From a virus (lineage: Duplodnaviria; Caudoviricetes): a DNA stretch of 31,239 bases. Position 1 is the first letter of the stretch. Every line of letters starts with the position of its first letter. The stretch lies in the IMG/VR virus record IMGVR_UViG_3300037789_000005, positions 1 through 31,239 of that record; one strand, written 5' to 3'. A model generated the notes under the pieces. It made no database searches, had not been told where the DNA came from, and saw only the letters and a list, made by a program, of their open reading frames with translations. A program made the translations under genes and the position numbers. Below are positions 15,621 through 23,627 of this stretch, in pieces.

Positions 15621-15850
15621 AAGTAACAATTGAAGTAACACGCACTGAGGTATGGCTAGCCAATGTTGAAGTGCCTGATGGCCTAGATCGTGATGACATT
15701 GTGAACTACATCTATAATGATAACGCAATGAATGACTGGGTGCATGATGAGTATAATCACAGCGGAACGTATGACCAAGAGATGTGGCTAGATGTTATGC
15801 CGCATGTTGATGACACCGCAAAGACATACAAGGAAATGAACAATGGCTAA
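15617..15850 (+). CDS. Early hypothetical acidic protein
   Basis: ATGA overlap with upstream gene; GAGG RBS. Confidence 0.7.
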   Translation: MKVTIEVTRTEVWLANVEVPDGLDRDDIVNYIYNDNAMNDWVHDEYNHSGTYDQEMWLDVMPHVDDTAKTYKEMNNG

Positions 15851-16055
15851 TGACTTCTATAAGAAATACTATGAGCAGCTCGTAGGTTTCCACATCCACA
15901 AGGTAACGTTTGAGGATGATGAGTTTGGTGGTGATCCATTCCCTGTCCTGCATGTTCGCAACACTGAGGGTGACGACCTACAGCTAATCCTATCTTGTGA
16001 TGAAGAGGGTAATGGCGCTGGGTTTCTATTCATTGAATTGGCTGGGAGTGAATGA
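15843..16055 (+). CDS. Early hypothetical protein
   Basis: S.DEEGNG.GFLFI motif; AAGGA RBS. Confidence 0.72.
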   Translation: MANDFYKKYYEQLVGFHIHKVTFEDDEFGGDPFPVLHVRNTEGDDLQLILSCDEEGNGAGFLFIELAGSE

Positions 16056-16056
16056 C

Positions 16057-16209
16057 ATGAATACATATGATGTATACGTGATGCGTAAGGGGGTGTTGAG
16101 TGTGTATCGTATGGACATCCCTGACCTAGTGCAGGATGTTATGCAGTGGTGCCTCGAAGAATTTGAAGGCGAGGACTTAGCTATTACTGAGATCGTGAGG
16201 ATAGACTGA
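16057..16209 (+). CDS. Early hypothetical protein (50 aa)
   Basis: ATG 16057 after GGGAG; fills the gap in the operon. Confidence 0.6.
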   Translation: MNTYDVYVMRKGVLSVYRMDIPDLVQDVMQWCLEEFEGEDLAITEIVRID

Positions 16210-16925
16210 TGAAACGTAGGGTAGTTCTAAGCTTGTATGATTACACAGGTGAGGCAGTGCGGCCTTGGGCTGACGCTGGATATGAATGTCACTGCTACGA
16301 TATTCAACACACAGGTGACGCAGTAGAGACCTACCCTAGTGGTGGCATCATTCGATATCTCAATGCGGATCTACACGATAAGCAGACACTGGTGGATCTG
16401 TCTTCGAGATATCTCAATGAGGATGTTGCTTTCGGTATGGGCTTCCCTGTCTGCACTGATCTAGCTGTATCGGGTGCAGCACATTTCGCTAAGAAAGCAG
16501 CGGCTGACCCTGAGTTCCAAACTAAGGCAGCATCATATGCTGTATGGTGCGCTGAATTGTTTGATGCGCTGGGCTGTCCTTACTTTATTGAGAACCCAGT
16601 GTCTCGCCTGTCTACACTTTGGCGTAAACCTGACCACAGCTTCCATCCGTGGTGGTATGGTGGCTACATCCCAGAGGATCAGGCAGAGCATCCTAAGTGG
16701 CCTGACTATATCGCACCACGTGATGCCTATCCTAAGAAGACTTGCCTTTGGACAGGTAATGGTTTCAACATGCCTTACTGGTTACCCGTTCCTGTCGAGG
16801 AGGGTTACAGTAGGCAGCACAAAAAGCTAGGCGGTAAGTCTATGCGAACAAAGAACATACGCAGCGCTACACCACGTGGCTTTGCACTTGCAGTATTCCA
16901 AGCTAATGTAAGGGAGACAGTATGA
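16209..16925 (+). CDS. DNA cytosine-C5 methyltransferase-like protein
   Basis: VLSLYDYTG (motif I-like), FPVCT (PC-like), IENP (ENV-like), KKTCLW, RSATPRGFA. Confidence 0.65.
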   Translation: MKRRVVLSLYDYTGEAVRPWADAGYECHCYDIQHTGDAVETYPSGGIIRYLNADLHDKQTLVDLSSRYLNEDVAFGMGFPVCTDLAVSGAAHFAKKAAADPEFQTKAASYAVWCAELFDALGCPYFIENPVSRLSTLWRKPDHSFHPWWYGGYIPEDQAEHPKWPDYIAPRDAYPKKTCLWTGNGFNMPYWLPVPVEEGYSRQHKKLGGKSMRTKNIRSATPRGFALAVFQANVRETV

Positions 16926-17149
16926 CACGCAGATTATATGAGGTGAGCATCAAATATCTGTATAAAGGTATGGATGTATGCGTCGATAGTCCCGTCTGGG
17001 ATAGCGACTTTAAACGGAACCAGCCATATGAGGTAAAGGAGGTAACCCTGGACCCGTATGGTATTTATGCAACACTAATCAATGACGAGGGTAGGCTATG
17101 TGACGTGGAGATTAGCAGCCTATATGCCTACTGCACTCAACAACGCTGA
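16922..17149 (+). CDS. Hypothetical protein
   Basis: GGGAG RBS; ATGA overlap. Confidence 0.6.
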   Translation: MTRRLYEVSIKYLYKGMDVCVDSPVWDSDFKRNQPYEVKEVTLDPYGIYATLINDEGRLCDVEISSLYAYCTQQR

Positions 17150-17164
17150 TAAGGAGACACAGCT

Positions 17165-17380
17165 ATGACTACTACACAACACACACAGATCCTGAACCAC
17201 CTGCGTAAGACCAAAGGCCTGACTGTTCGTGAGGCAATGGTAGACTACAGCATTCAGTCATTCACTAAGCGCATCTCTGAGCTGCGTAAGCTTGGCTATC
17301 AGATTGATGGCGTAAAGGGTAAGCACCCTGTCACTGGTCAGCGCTACACTCGTTACGTTTTGGTGGAGGATGCACAATGA
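17165..17380 (+). CDS. Winged helix-turn-helix protein
   Basis: TQ..QIL.HL....LT..EA...Y.I.....RISELRK.G..I; AAGGAG RBS. Confidence 0.75.
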   Translation: MTTTQHTQILNHLRKTKGLTVREAMVDYSIQSFTKRISELRKLGYQIDGVKGKHPVTGQRYTRYVLVEDAQ

Positions 17381-17559
17381 AACGCAGATACAACACGGAG
17401 GATCTAGTTGATATACATACGTATCATACCAAACTACAGAGAACTATAGATGAGTATATATGGAACAACAAAGACGCTGACATCACGGCCCTTGAAGCTG
17501 AGCTTGATACAGTTAAGCAATACAAAGATGACGGTCACGTCTACTACCCCTTGTTCTAA
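17377..17559 (+). CDS. Hypothetical protein
   Basis: GGAGG RBS; ends G..YYPLF. Confidence 0.7.
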   Translation: MKRRYNTEDLVDIHTYHTKLQRTIDEYIWNNKDADITALEAELDTVKQYKDDGHVYYPLF

Positions 17560-17560
17560 C

Positions 17561-17707
17561 ATGCTAGCTGTATTACCTTTAACACTCATCGCCGTATACC
17601 TAGTGTGCATGGTATACTTTATGAAAGATAGCCACAAGGAGTTGAAACGTGCAGGACACCTTTCCCTTGAGCGACAAAGAGAGGCAGAGCGACGATCCAC
17701 ACGATGA
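17561..17707 (+). CDS. Small membrane protein (48 aa)
   Basis: MLAVLPLTLIAVYLVCMVYF TM segment plus basic tail; starts just after the upstream stop. Confidence 0.45.
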   Translation: MLAVLPLTLIAVYLVCMVYFMKDSHKELKRAGHLSLERQREAERRSTR

Positions 17708-17831
17708 TTGGAGCGACCACCCAATACCAAGTACGTTGGAGGAACTATGTCGAAGACAAGAGCAACACCAAAGAAGTCAGCCACACTTGCTGATGTGGTA
17801 TCATATTACCTCAACGGACAACGATTCCTGA
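17649..17831 (+). CDS. Small protein overlapping the recombinase start
   Basis: GTG 7 nt after AAGGAG; DDPHDDWS segment. Confidence 0.4.
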   Translation: MQDTFPLSDKERQSDDPHDDWSDHPIPSTLEELCRRQEQHQRSQPHLLMWYHITSTDNDS

Positions 17832-18670
17832 ACCTCTCTCCGACTTCACAAGAGCAGTATGAACGCCACCTCAATCACGTTTGTGCTACTAAGTTGGAGA
17901 GCGGCAAGGCATTGGGTGACATGCAAGCTAGGCATATCAAGCTTAGACATTTGACTGATGCCTACGAACAGTGGCTAAACAATGGCATACGTACAGCTAA
18001 TGCACGTGTGTCATACCTCAGTGCAGCATGGACCTACGCTATGCAGCGTGAGATCATTAGTCACAACCCGATCAGCCTACTTGATCGCAAGTCTACTAAG
18101 CCACGCAAGGTAAGGTGGGAACGTGATCATGTGAAAGCCTTCCTGTCTACAGCATATGGTGACTTCAAGTGGCGTAGCATTGGGCTGATCGTACACATGG
18201 CGTATGAGTGGGGACAGCGTGTCGGTGATATGCGCACCCTTAAGTGGGACAACATAGACCTAGACGCCCAGCGCCTTGACCTAACGCAAAGCAAACGTAA
18301 TGCTGATGTGCATCTGCCTATCAGTAACAACCTAACATCAATGCTTAGGCAACAGCGTGAGGACTTTGGGTTCCAGCAGTATGTTGCACCTCGTGTAAAG
18401 CCTAGCGCAGGTGTGTACTCGCCTTATAGGACAGAGGAAATATCTGAGCTTATTAACGAGGTGAAACGTGAGGCAGGGTTACCTGAGCATCTAACTGCGA
18501 TGGATCTACGCCGTACTGCTATCACTGAAATGCTTGAAGGTGGTGTTGACTTGGCTGGTATCATGCAGGTATCAGGACACAGGAACCCAGCATCAGTGAA
18601 GCCTTACATGGTGAACACATTCAGTGGTGCATCCCGTGCACTCTCAGCAAGAGGCGGAGACGATGACTAA
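17747..18670 (+). CDS. int: Tyrosine recombinase/integrase
   Basis: GQRVGD (R), QSKR (K), MDLRRT, SGH, KPY catalytic Tyr; GGAGG RBS. Confidence 0.88.
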   Translation: MSKTRATPKKSATLADVVSYYLNGQRFLNLSPTSQEQYERHLNHVCATKLESGKALGDMQARHIKLRHLTDAYEQWLNNGIRTANARVSYLSAAWTYAMQREIISHNPISLLDRKSTKPRKVRWERDHVKAFLSTAYGDFKWRSIGLIVHMAYEWGQRVGDMRTLKWDNIDLDAQRLDLTQSKRNADVHLPISNNLTSMLRQQREDFGFQQYVAPRVKPSAGVYSPYRTEEISELINEVKREAGLPEHLTAMDLRRTAITEMLEGGVDLAGIMQVSGHRNPASVKPYMVNTFSGASRALSARGGDDD

Positions 18671-19460
18671 CATTCGTAAGTATGTAGAGACGATGGACCT
18701 GCGTGATGGTGAAGCAAAGCGCATCAACTGCCCTGTTTGTGGTGGCAACAATACGTTCACTGCATACAACGACATGGGTTCTATCGTATACAACTGCTAT
18801 AAACTAGGCTGTACCGCTAAAGGTGTGTACAGTGGGAAGCTGACTGCCTTAGAGATAAAGGCTAGGATGCAAAATCATAATCAGTCTAAACCTAAAGATG
18901 AGGTACAGACTATGACGATACCAGAATATGTGGTGATACCAGATGCAGATAACGAACTACTTAACAATTTCGTATCCAAGTGGGGGCTGCAAAGTCACCG
19001 TATCCTCTATGACGTTAAGGATCGCAGGGCTGTATTCCCTATCTATTACAAAGGTAGAATCGTGGATGCAGTTGGACGAGCACTTGATGGTAAACAACCT
19101 AAGTGGCTGCGGTATACAGGTAACGCCGTTACGTACCAGTATTGCAAAGGTGAACCCAGTGGTGTCTGTGTTCTAGTTGAGGATGTTATCAGTGCTATCA
19201 CTGTAGGTTCTATCTTCACAGGCACGACAGGTGTTGCTATACTTGGTACCTCATTAGGCCCAGCGCACATGGAACAGCTTGATGGTTTCCGTAAGGTAAT
19301 CGTAGCGTTAGATCCTGATGCGTACAGTAAGACAATCAAGTTCAAGCATGAGGTTGAGTCGTGGCTGGGTGTACCAACAAAGGCTTTGCTTGTTGACGAC
19401 GACATCAAGTATAAGCAGGAAGCAGACCTAGATAAACTTAAGAGGATGATACATGAGTGA
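18663..19460 (+). CDS. DNA primase (Zn finger plus TOPRIM)
   Basis: CPVC...CYKLGC zinc ribbon, VGRAL, LVEDVISA, ALDPDA. Confidence 0.88.
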   Translation: MTNIRKYVETMDLRDGEAKRINCPVCGGNNTFTAYNDMGSIVYNCYKLGCTAKGVYSGKLTALEIKARMQNHNQSKPKDEVQTMTIPEYVVIPDADNELLNNFVSKWGLQSHRILYDVKDRRAVFPIYYKGRIVDAVGRALDGKQPKWLRYTGNAVTYQYCKGEPSGVCVLVEDVISAITVGSIFTGTTGVAILGTSLGPAHMEQLDGFRKVIVALDPDAYSKTIKFKHEVESWLGVPTKALLVDDDIKYKQEADLDKLKRMIHE

Positions 19461-19665
19461 GCCAGCGTGGTTATATAAACTAGAGGATGCCATGTTTCGT
19501 ACTGGCAATGACCCTGCCCAAATGATTGAGTGGATACTTAAGACAGATGAGATACCACAAGAAAAGCGTAGGGCGTTGTTACAGAAGTATGACTATACGC
19601 CCACACCTATTGAGCCACAGCCAAAACGCAGAGGCAGACCAGCAAAGGTTAAGCAGGATGACTAG
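19453..19665 (+). CDS. Hypothetical protein with AT-hook-like tail
   Basis: PKRRGRPAK near C-terminus; GAGG RBS. Confidence 0.65.
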   Translation: MSEPAWLYKLEDAMFRTGNDPAQMIEWILKTDEIPQEKRRALLQKYDYTPTPIEPQPKRRGRPAKVKQDD

Positions 19666-19879
19666 CTTAACACACTACTTTGTACGTATCTTTCTGGCGC
19701 TAAGTGTATTACTAAACGTAGTAATTGGTGGACCTAGCAATCAAACATTTAGTGCTAGGAACTGGGAGTGGAAACGTAAAGGGAAGACAAACCTGGTATG
19801 GCTTATTGATGCATTACTAGGTGATTCACACTGCTCAGATAGCTGGGTGTACTGGAAAGTAAGAGAAGGAAAATGGTAA
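19658..19879 (+). CDS. Small conserved phage membrane-associated protein
   Basis: LSVLLNV..GG..NQTFSAR...ID.L....HC..SW. Confidence 0.65.
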   Translation: MTSLTHYFVRIFLALSVLLNVVIGGPSNQTFSARNWEWKRKGKTNLVWLIDALLGDSHCSDSWVYWKVREGKW

Positions 19880-20628
19880 TGATTAAGGTAACATACATCG
19901 ACCACATGGGCAGTGACCTGTCTGTAGTTAACGCAGCACGGGTGAGCTTTGGGAAAGTATCTGACGGGGAGCGTATTGAGTTTGACCTTCTCCACCATGA
20001 CCCAGAGGTCATCAAGGCCTCTGTTGCTAAGTACAAAGCAGATGGTTGGGTGGTTACTTCTGACCTTGATGACTGGAAGATTATTGTTCAACGTCCAACA
20101 GGCAGGGATTCAAAGCTTATCAGCTACCTTGCGAACCACAAACACATCAGCCCATTCGGTCATGCGTTTGCATCCTTCCACGTAAAGGCCCCGATCTTCG
20201 TAGCTAGACAGCTAGTGAAACACAAGTTCTTGCGTTGGAATGAGATCAGTCGTCGATATGTAGATGATGAACCTGAGTTCTATCAGCCTGATGTATGGCG
20301 TGGACGTAGTGCTGACAAGAAGCAAGGGTCTGAGGGTGTTGTTGAGTTTCCATCCTACTACGTGGATAGAGTAATGCAGACTACTATATCGTCTTATAAT
20401 ATTCTGCTTGCCCGTGGGGTAGCACCTGAGCAAGCCCGTATGGTTCTCCCACAGTCTACCATGACTGAGTGGTACTGGTCTGGATCACTGGATGCCTTCG
20501 CTTCCATGTGCCAGCTACGGTGCAAGCCTGACACCCAGTATGAGAGCCGACTAGTTGCTGACCAGATCAGTGAGAAGATGGTGGAACTATTCCCTGTGTC
20601 GTGGGAAGCTTTGATGAGCCATAGCTGA
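19873..20628 (+). CDS. thyX: Flavin-dependent thymidylate synthase
   Basis: VVNAARVSF, H.SPF.H, APIFVARQL.KH, NE.SRRY, PEQAR.VLP, Q.E.R. Confidence 0.93.
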   Translation: MVMIKVTYIDHMGSDLSVVNAARVSFGKVSDGERIEFDLLHHDPEVIKASVAKYKADGWVVTSDLDDWKIIVQRPTGRDSKLISYLANHKHISPFGHAFASFHVKAPIFVARQLVKHKFLRWNEISRRYVDDEPEFYQPDVWRGRSADKKQGSEGVVEFPSYYVDRVMQTTISSYNILLARGVAPEQARMVLPQSTMTEWYWSGSLDAFASMCQLRCKPDTQYESRLVADQISEKMVELFPVSWEALMSHS

Positions 20629-20654
20629 CCCATTCTATAACTCAAAGGAGAGAA

Positions 20655-20861
20655 GTGATGACTAAAGAATCATTCTTCATAGGCGTAGAGGAAGTCGAAG
20701 AGACGGAGATCGGCGGCACTACATACAGATTCCAAATGAATGATGAGGTGGCAGGAGACATGCAAGCCTTAGGGCTTAAACTGATCCTACACTGTGGTGT
20801 TATGCAAGTAGATCTACAGGATGTGTTTAACTGGATACTTGAGCAAGGAGAGACGGGATGA
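20655..20861 (+). CDS. Hypothetical protein
   Basis: AAGGAG RBS; 68 aa. Confidence 0.65.
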   Translation: MMTKESFFIGVEEVEETEIGGTTYRFQMNDEVAGDMQALGLKLILHCGVMQVDLQDVFNWILEQGETG

Positions 20862-21031
20862 AAGAAGACGTATGGTTAGCCCGAAAGATTGAGGCTTGGT
20901 ATCGGTCAGCATATGCCACGATTAAAGAGGCAGGTGGGTATCCAGAGGAAGTCTTAGAAACTATGCCAGCAGAACTGATTATTACGATGGCACGTAACGA
21001 CATCCACCTTGTTTACAAAGGAGATAAGTGA
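20858..21031 (+). CDS. Hypothetical protein (57 aa)
   Basis: Not in ORF track. MKEDVWLARK...LVYKGDK; AAGGAG RBS; coupled at both ends. Confidence 0.65.
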   Translation: MKEDVWLARKIEAWYRSAYATIKEAGGYPEEVLETMPAELIITMARNDIHLVYKGDK

Positions 21032-21216
21032 TGAATGATAATCTATTTGAAAGGCTGAACGACCTGAGCATTGGCACTGGCAGTCGCACCCCCCTAGCTG
21101 CGATTGAACGCATCAAGGAACTTGAGCAGCGCCTCAACGAACTAGCTGCCGACAAAATCAATCTGCGCTCAGAAAACATTGAACTTAAATCTAAACTGGC
21201 GAAGGTGATGGAATGA
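21031..21216 (+). CDS. Coiled-coil hypothetical protein
   Basis: AAIERIKELEQRL; AAGGAG RBS. Confidence 0.65.
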   Translation: MNDNLFERLNDLSIGTGSRTPLAAIERIKELEQRLNELAADKINLRSENIELKSKLAKVME

Positions 21217-21422
21217 TAGCTGACGTAAACAACATCACGTTAGAGACGGATGAGTTAGGTATCTGGTTAATCCACGAAGAGCCTAACTGGGGGACCAAAA
21301 GCCAGATGGGTCACATTAGCTGGCGTGAGGTAATCACGGGTATTCAACAGCAGCTACTGCAAGAGAAGTTCATGCTGGTGTTAGCCGAGATGGATAAGGA
21401 GTTGTTAGATGAAAGTGATTGA
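21213..21422 (+). CDS. Hypothetical protein
   Basis: ATGA overlap; 69 aa. Confidence 0.65.
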   Translation: MIADVNNITLETDELGIWLIHEEPNWGTKSQMGHISWREVITGIQQQLLQEKFMLVLAEMDKELLDESD

Positions 21423-21648
21423 GCTACTAGCTAAGTCCTTAGAGCATGAGTCTGTATGGGAACTGATGGACCACTTCGTAGTAGAGGCCCTAAAGAACTC
21501 CCGTGAGTCACTCATTGATAATCGTGAGAAGCTGACTAAGATTGCTGATGAACGTGGGTTACTTCCACACCAACGTGCTGATTGGGATGATACAGTAATG
21601 CTAATCGCTGCGTTCAACCGAGTGATTGCATACTATGGAGGTGATTGA
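21409..21648 (+). CDS. Hypothetical protein
   Basis: AAGGAG RBS; 79 aa. Confidence 0.68.
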   Translation: MKVIELLAKSLEHESVWELMDHFVVEALKNSRESLIDNREKLTKIADERGLLPHQRADWDDTVMLIAAFNRVIAYYGGD

Positions 21649-21734
21649 TGTCTGACGACAAAGACATTACACCCATGACTGACGAAGAACGTAAACGTGC
21701 AAAAGAACGTGAAGAGAAAAACAAAGGAGAATGA
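21648..21734 (+). CDS. Tiny charged peptide (28 aa)
   Basis: GGAGGT RBS; MSDDKDITPMTDEERKRAKEREEKNKGE; TGATG coupling. Confidence 0.5.
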   Translation: MSDDKDITPMTDEERKRAKEREEKNKGE

Positions 21735-21735
21735 T

Positions 21736-21936
21736 ATGAGTAAAGGTGGAACGCAGGACTTAGCAACAGCTATCGTTGATGTTATCTATAGCTTTGAGAA
21801 CATTACAATTGGTGATGTACTTGGTGCACTAGAGGCAGCTAAGATGCACATAGCATTGACAGAGCTTGGTATTGTAGGCCAAGATGAAGAAGAAGAGACT
21901 GTACATTACTTTGATGGTACACGTACTGTGAACTAA
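21736..21936 (+). CDS. Hypothetical protein
   Basis: AAGGAG RBS; I...LG.LE.AK motif. Confidence 0.65.
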   Translation: MSKGGTQDLATAIVDVIYSFENITIGDVLGALEAAKMHIALTELGIVGQDEEEETVHYFDGTRTVN

Positions 21937-21966
21937 ACTTAGTGATGACAGAATAAGGAGAGGATT

Positions 21967-22200
21967 ATGTTTACTATTGAGATGGAATCAGATTGTTCTG
22001 TCATCACTGCTCTTGATGAGACAGATGCATACGAAGATGTATCAGTAAAGATTGACGATGATGGTAGCGTCTTTATCTACCAGCACTACCCTGACCTAAG
22101 CACAACAGAGGTAGTCTTTATATCGTATCAGCAGTTGAAGGATATAATGTACGCATTAGACCTACCTGTTGGTATATACCAAATTGAATCGCAAGGATGA
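21967..22200 (+). CDS. Hypothetical acidic protein
   Basis: AAGGAGAGG RBS; MFTIEM...V.I.Q...LDLP.G.Y. Confidence 0.7.
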   Translation: MFTIEMESDCSVITALDETDAYEDVSVKIDDDGSVFIYQHYPDLSTTEVVFISYQQLKDIMYALDLPVGIYQIESQG

Positions 22201-22204
22201 AGCT

Positions 22205-22399
22205 ATGATTATCGCTATATGGACAGCCCTGATTATGTATTTCTTGGGTGTTATTACACTCAACGCTATGCTTGCAGGTGCAAGCAACCGAGATGAGATT
22301 GATATGGAGCCTATCCTCATCGCTTTACAGTGGCCTCTCATTGGTGTACGTGTCATCTTTGCTATGATTACAGGCCGTGGCCTAGACGAGGACGAATGA
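22205..22399 (+). CDS. Small two-TM membrane protein
   Basis: Two hydrophobic segments with WP motif; AAGGA RBS. Confidence 0.65.
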   Translation: MIIAIWTALIMYFLGVITLNAMLAGASNRDEIDMEPILIALQWPLIGVRVIFAMITGRGLDEDE

Positions 22400-22400
22400 T

Positions 22401-23627
22401 ATGATGGAATTAGCACTACTTAAAAGCCTCATGAACCGTGAGTTTTATGAGAGCCACAAGGGTATCCGTTGCCCTGACAAAATCTTTAGCAAAGATATCC
22501 GTAAGGTAAAGCAGACACTCGACACAGCCATGAACAACTATGACACCGACCTTAGTGTGTCAGACTTGGAGGCTTTGTTTGTCGCTACCAACCAGACTAT
22601 GACAACAGCAAACAAGGAAGTGTTCTCTGATCTGTTTCGCCGTATGGAGAAAGAGAAGCCACTCAACAATGACATTGCTACAGAAGTATTGTCTAAGATG
22701 TTCCAGCAACACGTTGGTGAACTGGTAGCTAACGTAGGCTTTGACTATGTGAATGGTAATGCATCTAGCCTTGAGCCTCTGCGTAAGATCATCGAAGACT
22801 ACAAGGATGACTTCACCCCTAACGTCGATGTTAAGTGGGAAGACATGAGCATTGAATATCTTCTTGAGGCTAACGAGATGCAGTCGCAGTGGAAGTTCAA
22901 CATCCCAAGCCTACGCCGCCGTGTTGAGGGTGTTAGTGGTGGACACTTGATGCTTGTTGGTGCACGTCCCAACACAGGTAAGACATCCTTCCATGCATCG
23001 CTTATTGCAGGGCCTGGTGGCTGGGCTGAACAAGGTGCCAAGTGTGTTATCCTCTGTAACGAGGAAGCCTATGAGCGTGTCGGTGCACGTTACCTTGCTG
23101 CTGCTACCAACATGAGCATCCCTGAAATTCGTGGTAACATGGCACTAGCTAAGAGTCGCTACTCTAAGGTAGAGAATAACATCAAAGTCAAAGATGCTAG
23201 CAACAAAGACATGGCATGGGTTGAGGCAGTAGTGAAAGCATCTAACCCTGACATTGTTGTGCTAGACATGGGCGATAAGTTTGCCGCTAAGACCAGTGAC
23301 AAGTCCGATGTCTACCTTAAAGAGGCAGCTATCCATGCACGTCACATTGCTAAAGAATACAATTGCACTGTGATCTGGATGTCTCAGCTATCTGCTGTAG
23401 CAGAGGGTAAGGTATACGTTGATCAGTCTATGATGGAAGGGTCGAAGACAGGCAAGGCAGCAGAGGCAGACCTCATGGTACTGATCTCTAAGAATCCACA
23501 GGTCGAGGGATCTGATGAGCAAGACACACAACGCCACTTGAATATTGCTAAGAATAAGCTACAAGGTGGGTGGCATGGTGTAGTTCATTGTGAACTGGAC
23601 GGAGAACGGAGTATCTATTCAGCATGA
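22401..23627 (+). CDS. DnaB-like (SF4) replicative helicase
   Basis: Walker A GARPNTGKT, NEE, VVLDMGD, MSQL, AEADL, KNK. Confidence 0.9.
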   Translation: MMELALLKSLMNREFYESHKGIRCPDKIFSKDIRKVKQTLDTAMNNYDTDLSVSDLEALFVATNQTMTTANKEVFSDLFRRMEKEKPLNNDIATEVLSKMFQQHVGELVANVGFDYVNGNASSLEPLRKIIEDYKDDFTPNVDVKWEDMSIEYLLEANEMQSQWKFNIPSLRRRVEGVSGGHLMLVGARPNTGKTSFHASLIAGPGGWAEQGAKCVILCNEEAYERVGARYLAAATNMSIPEIRGNMALAKSRYSKVENNIKVKDASNKDMAWVEAVVKASNPDIVVLDMGDKFAAKTSDKSDVYLKEAAIHARHIAKEYNCTVIWMSQLSAVAEGKVYVDQSMMEGSKTGKAAEADLMVLISKNPQVEGSDEQDTQRHLNIAKNKLQGGWHGVVHCELDGERSIYSA

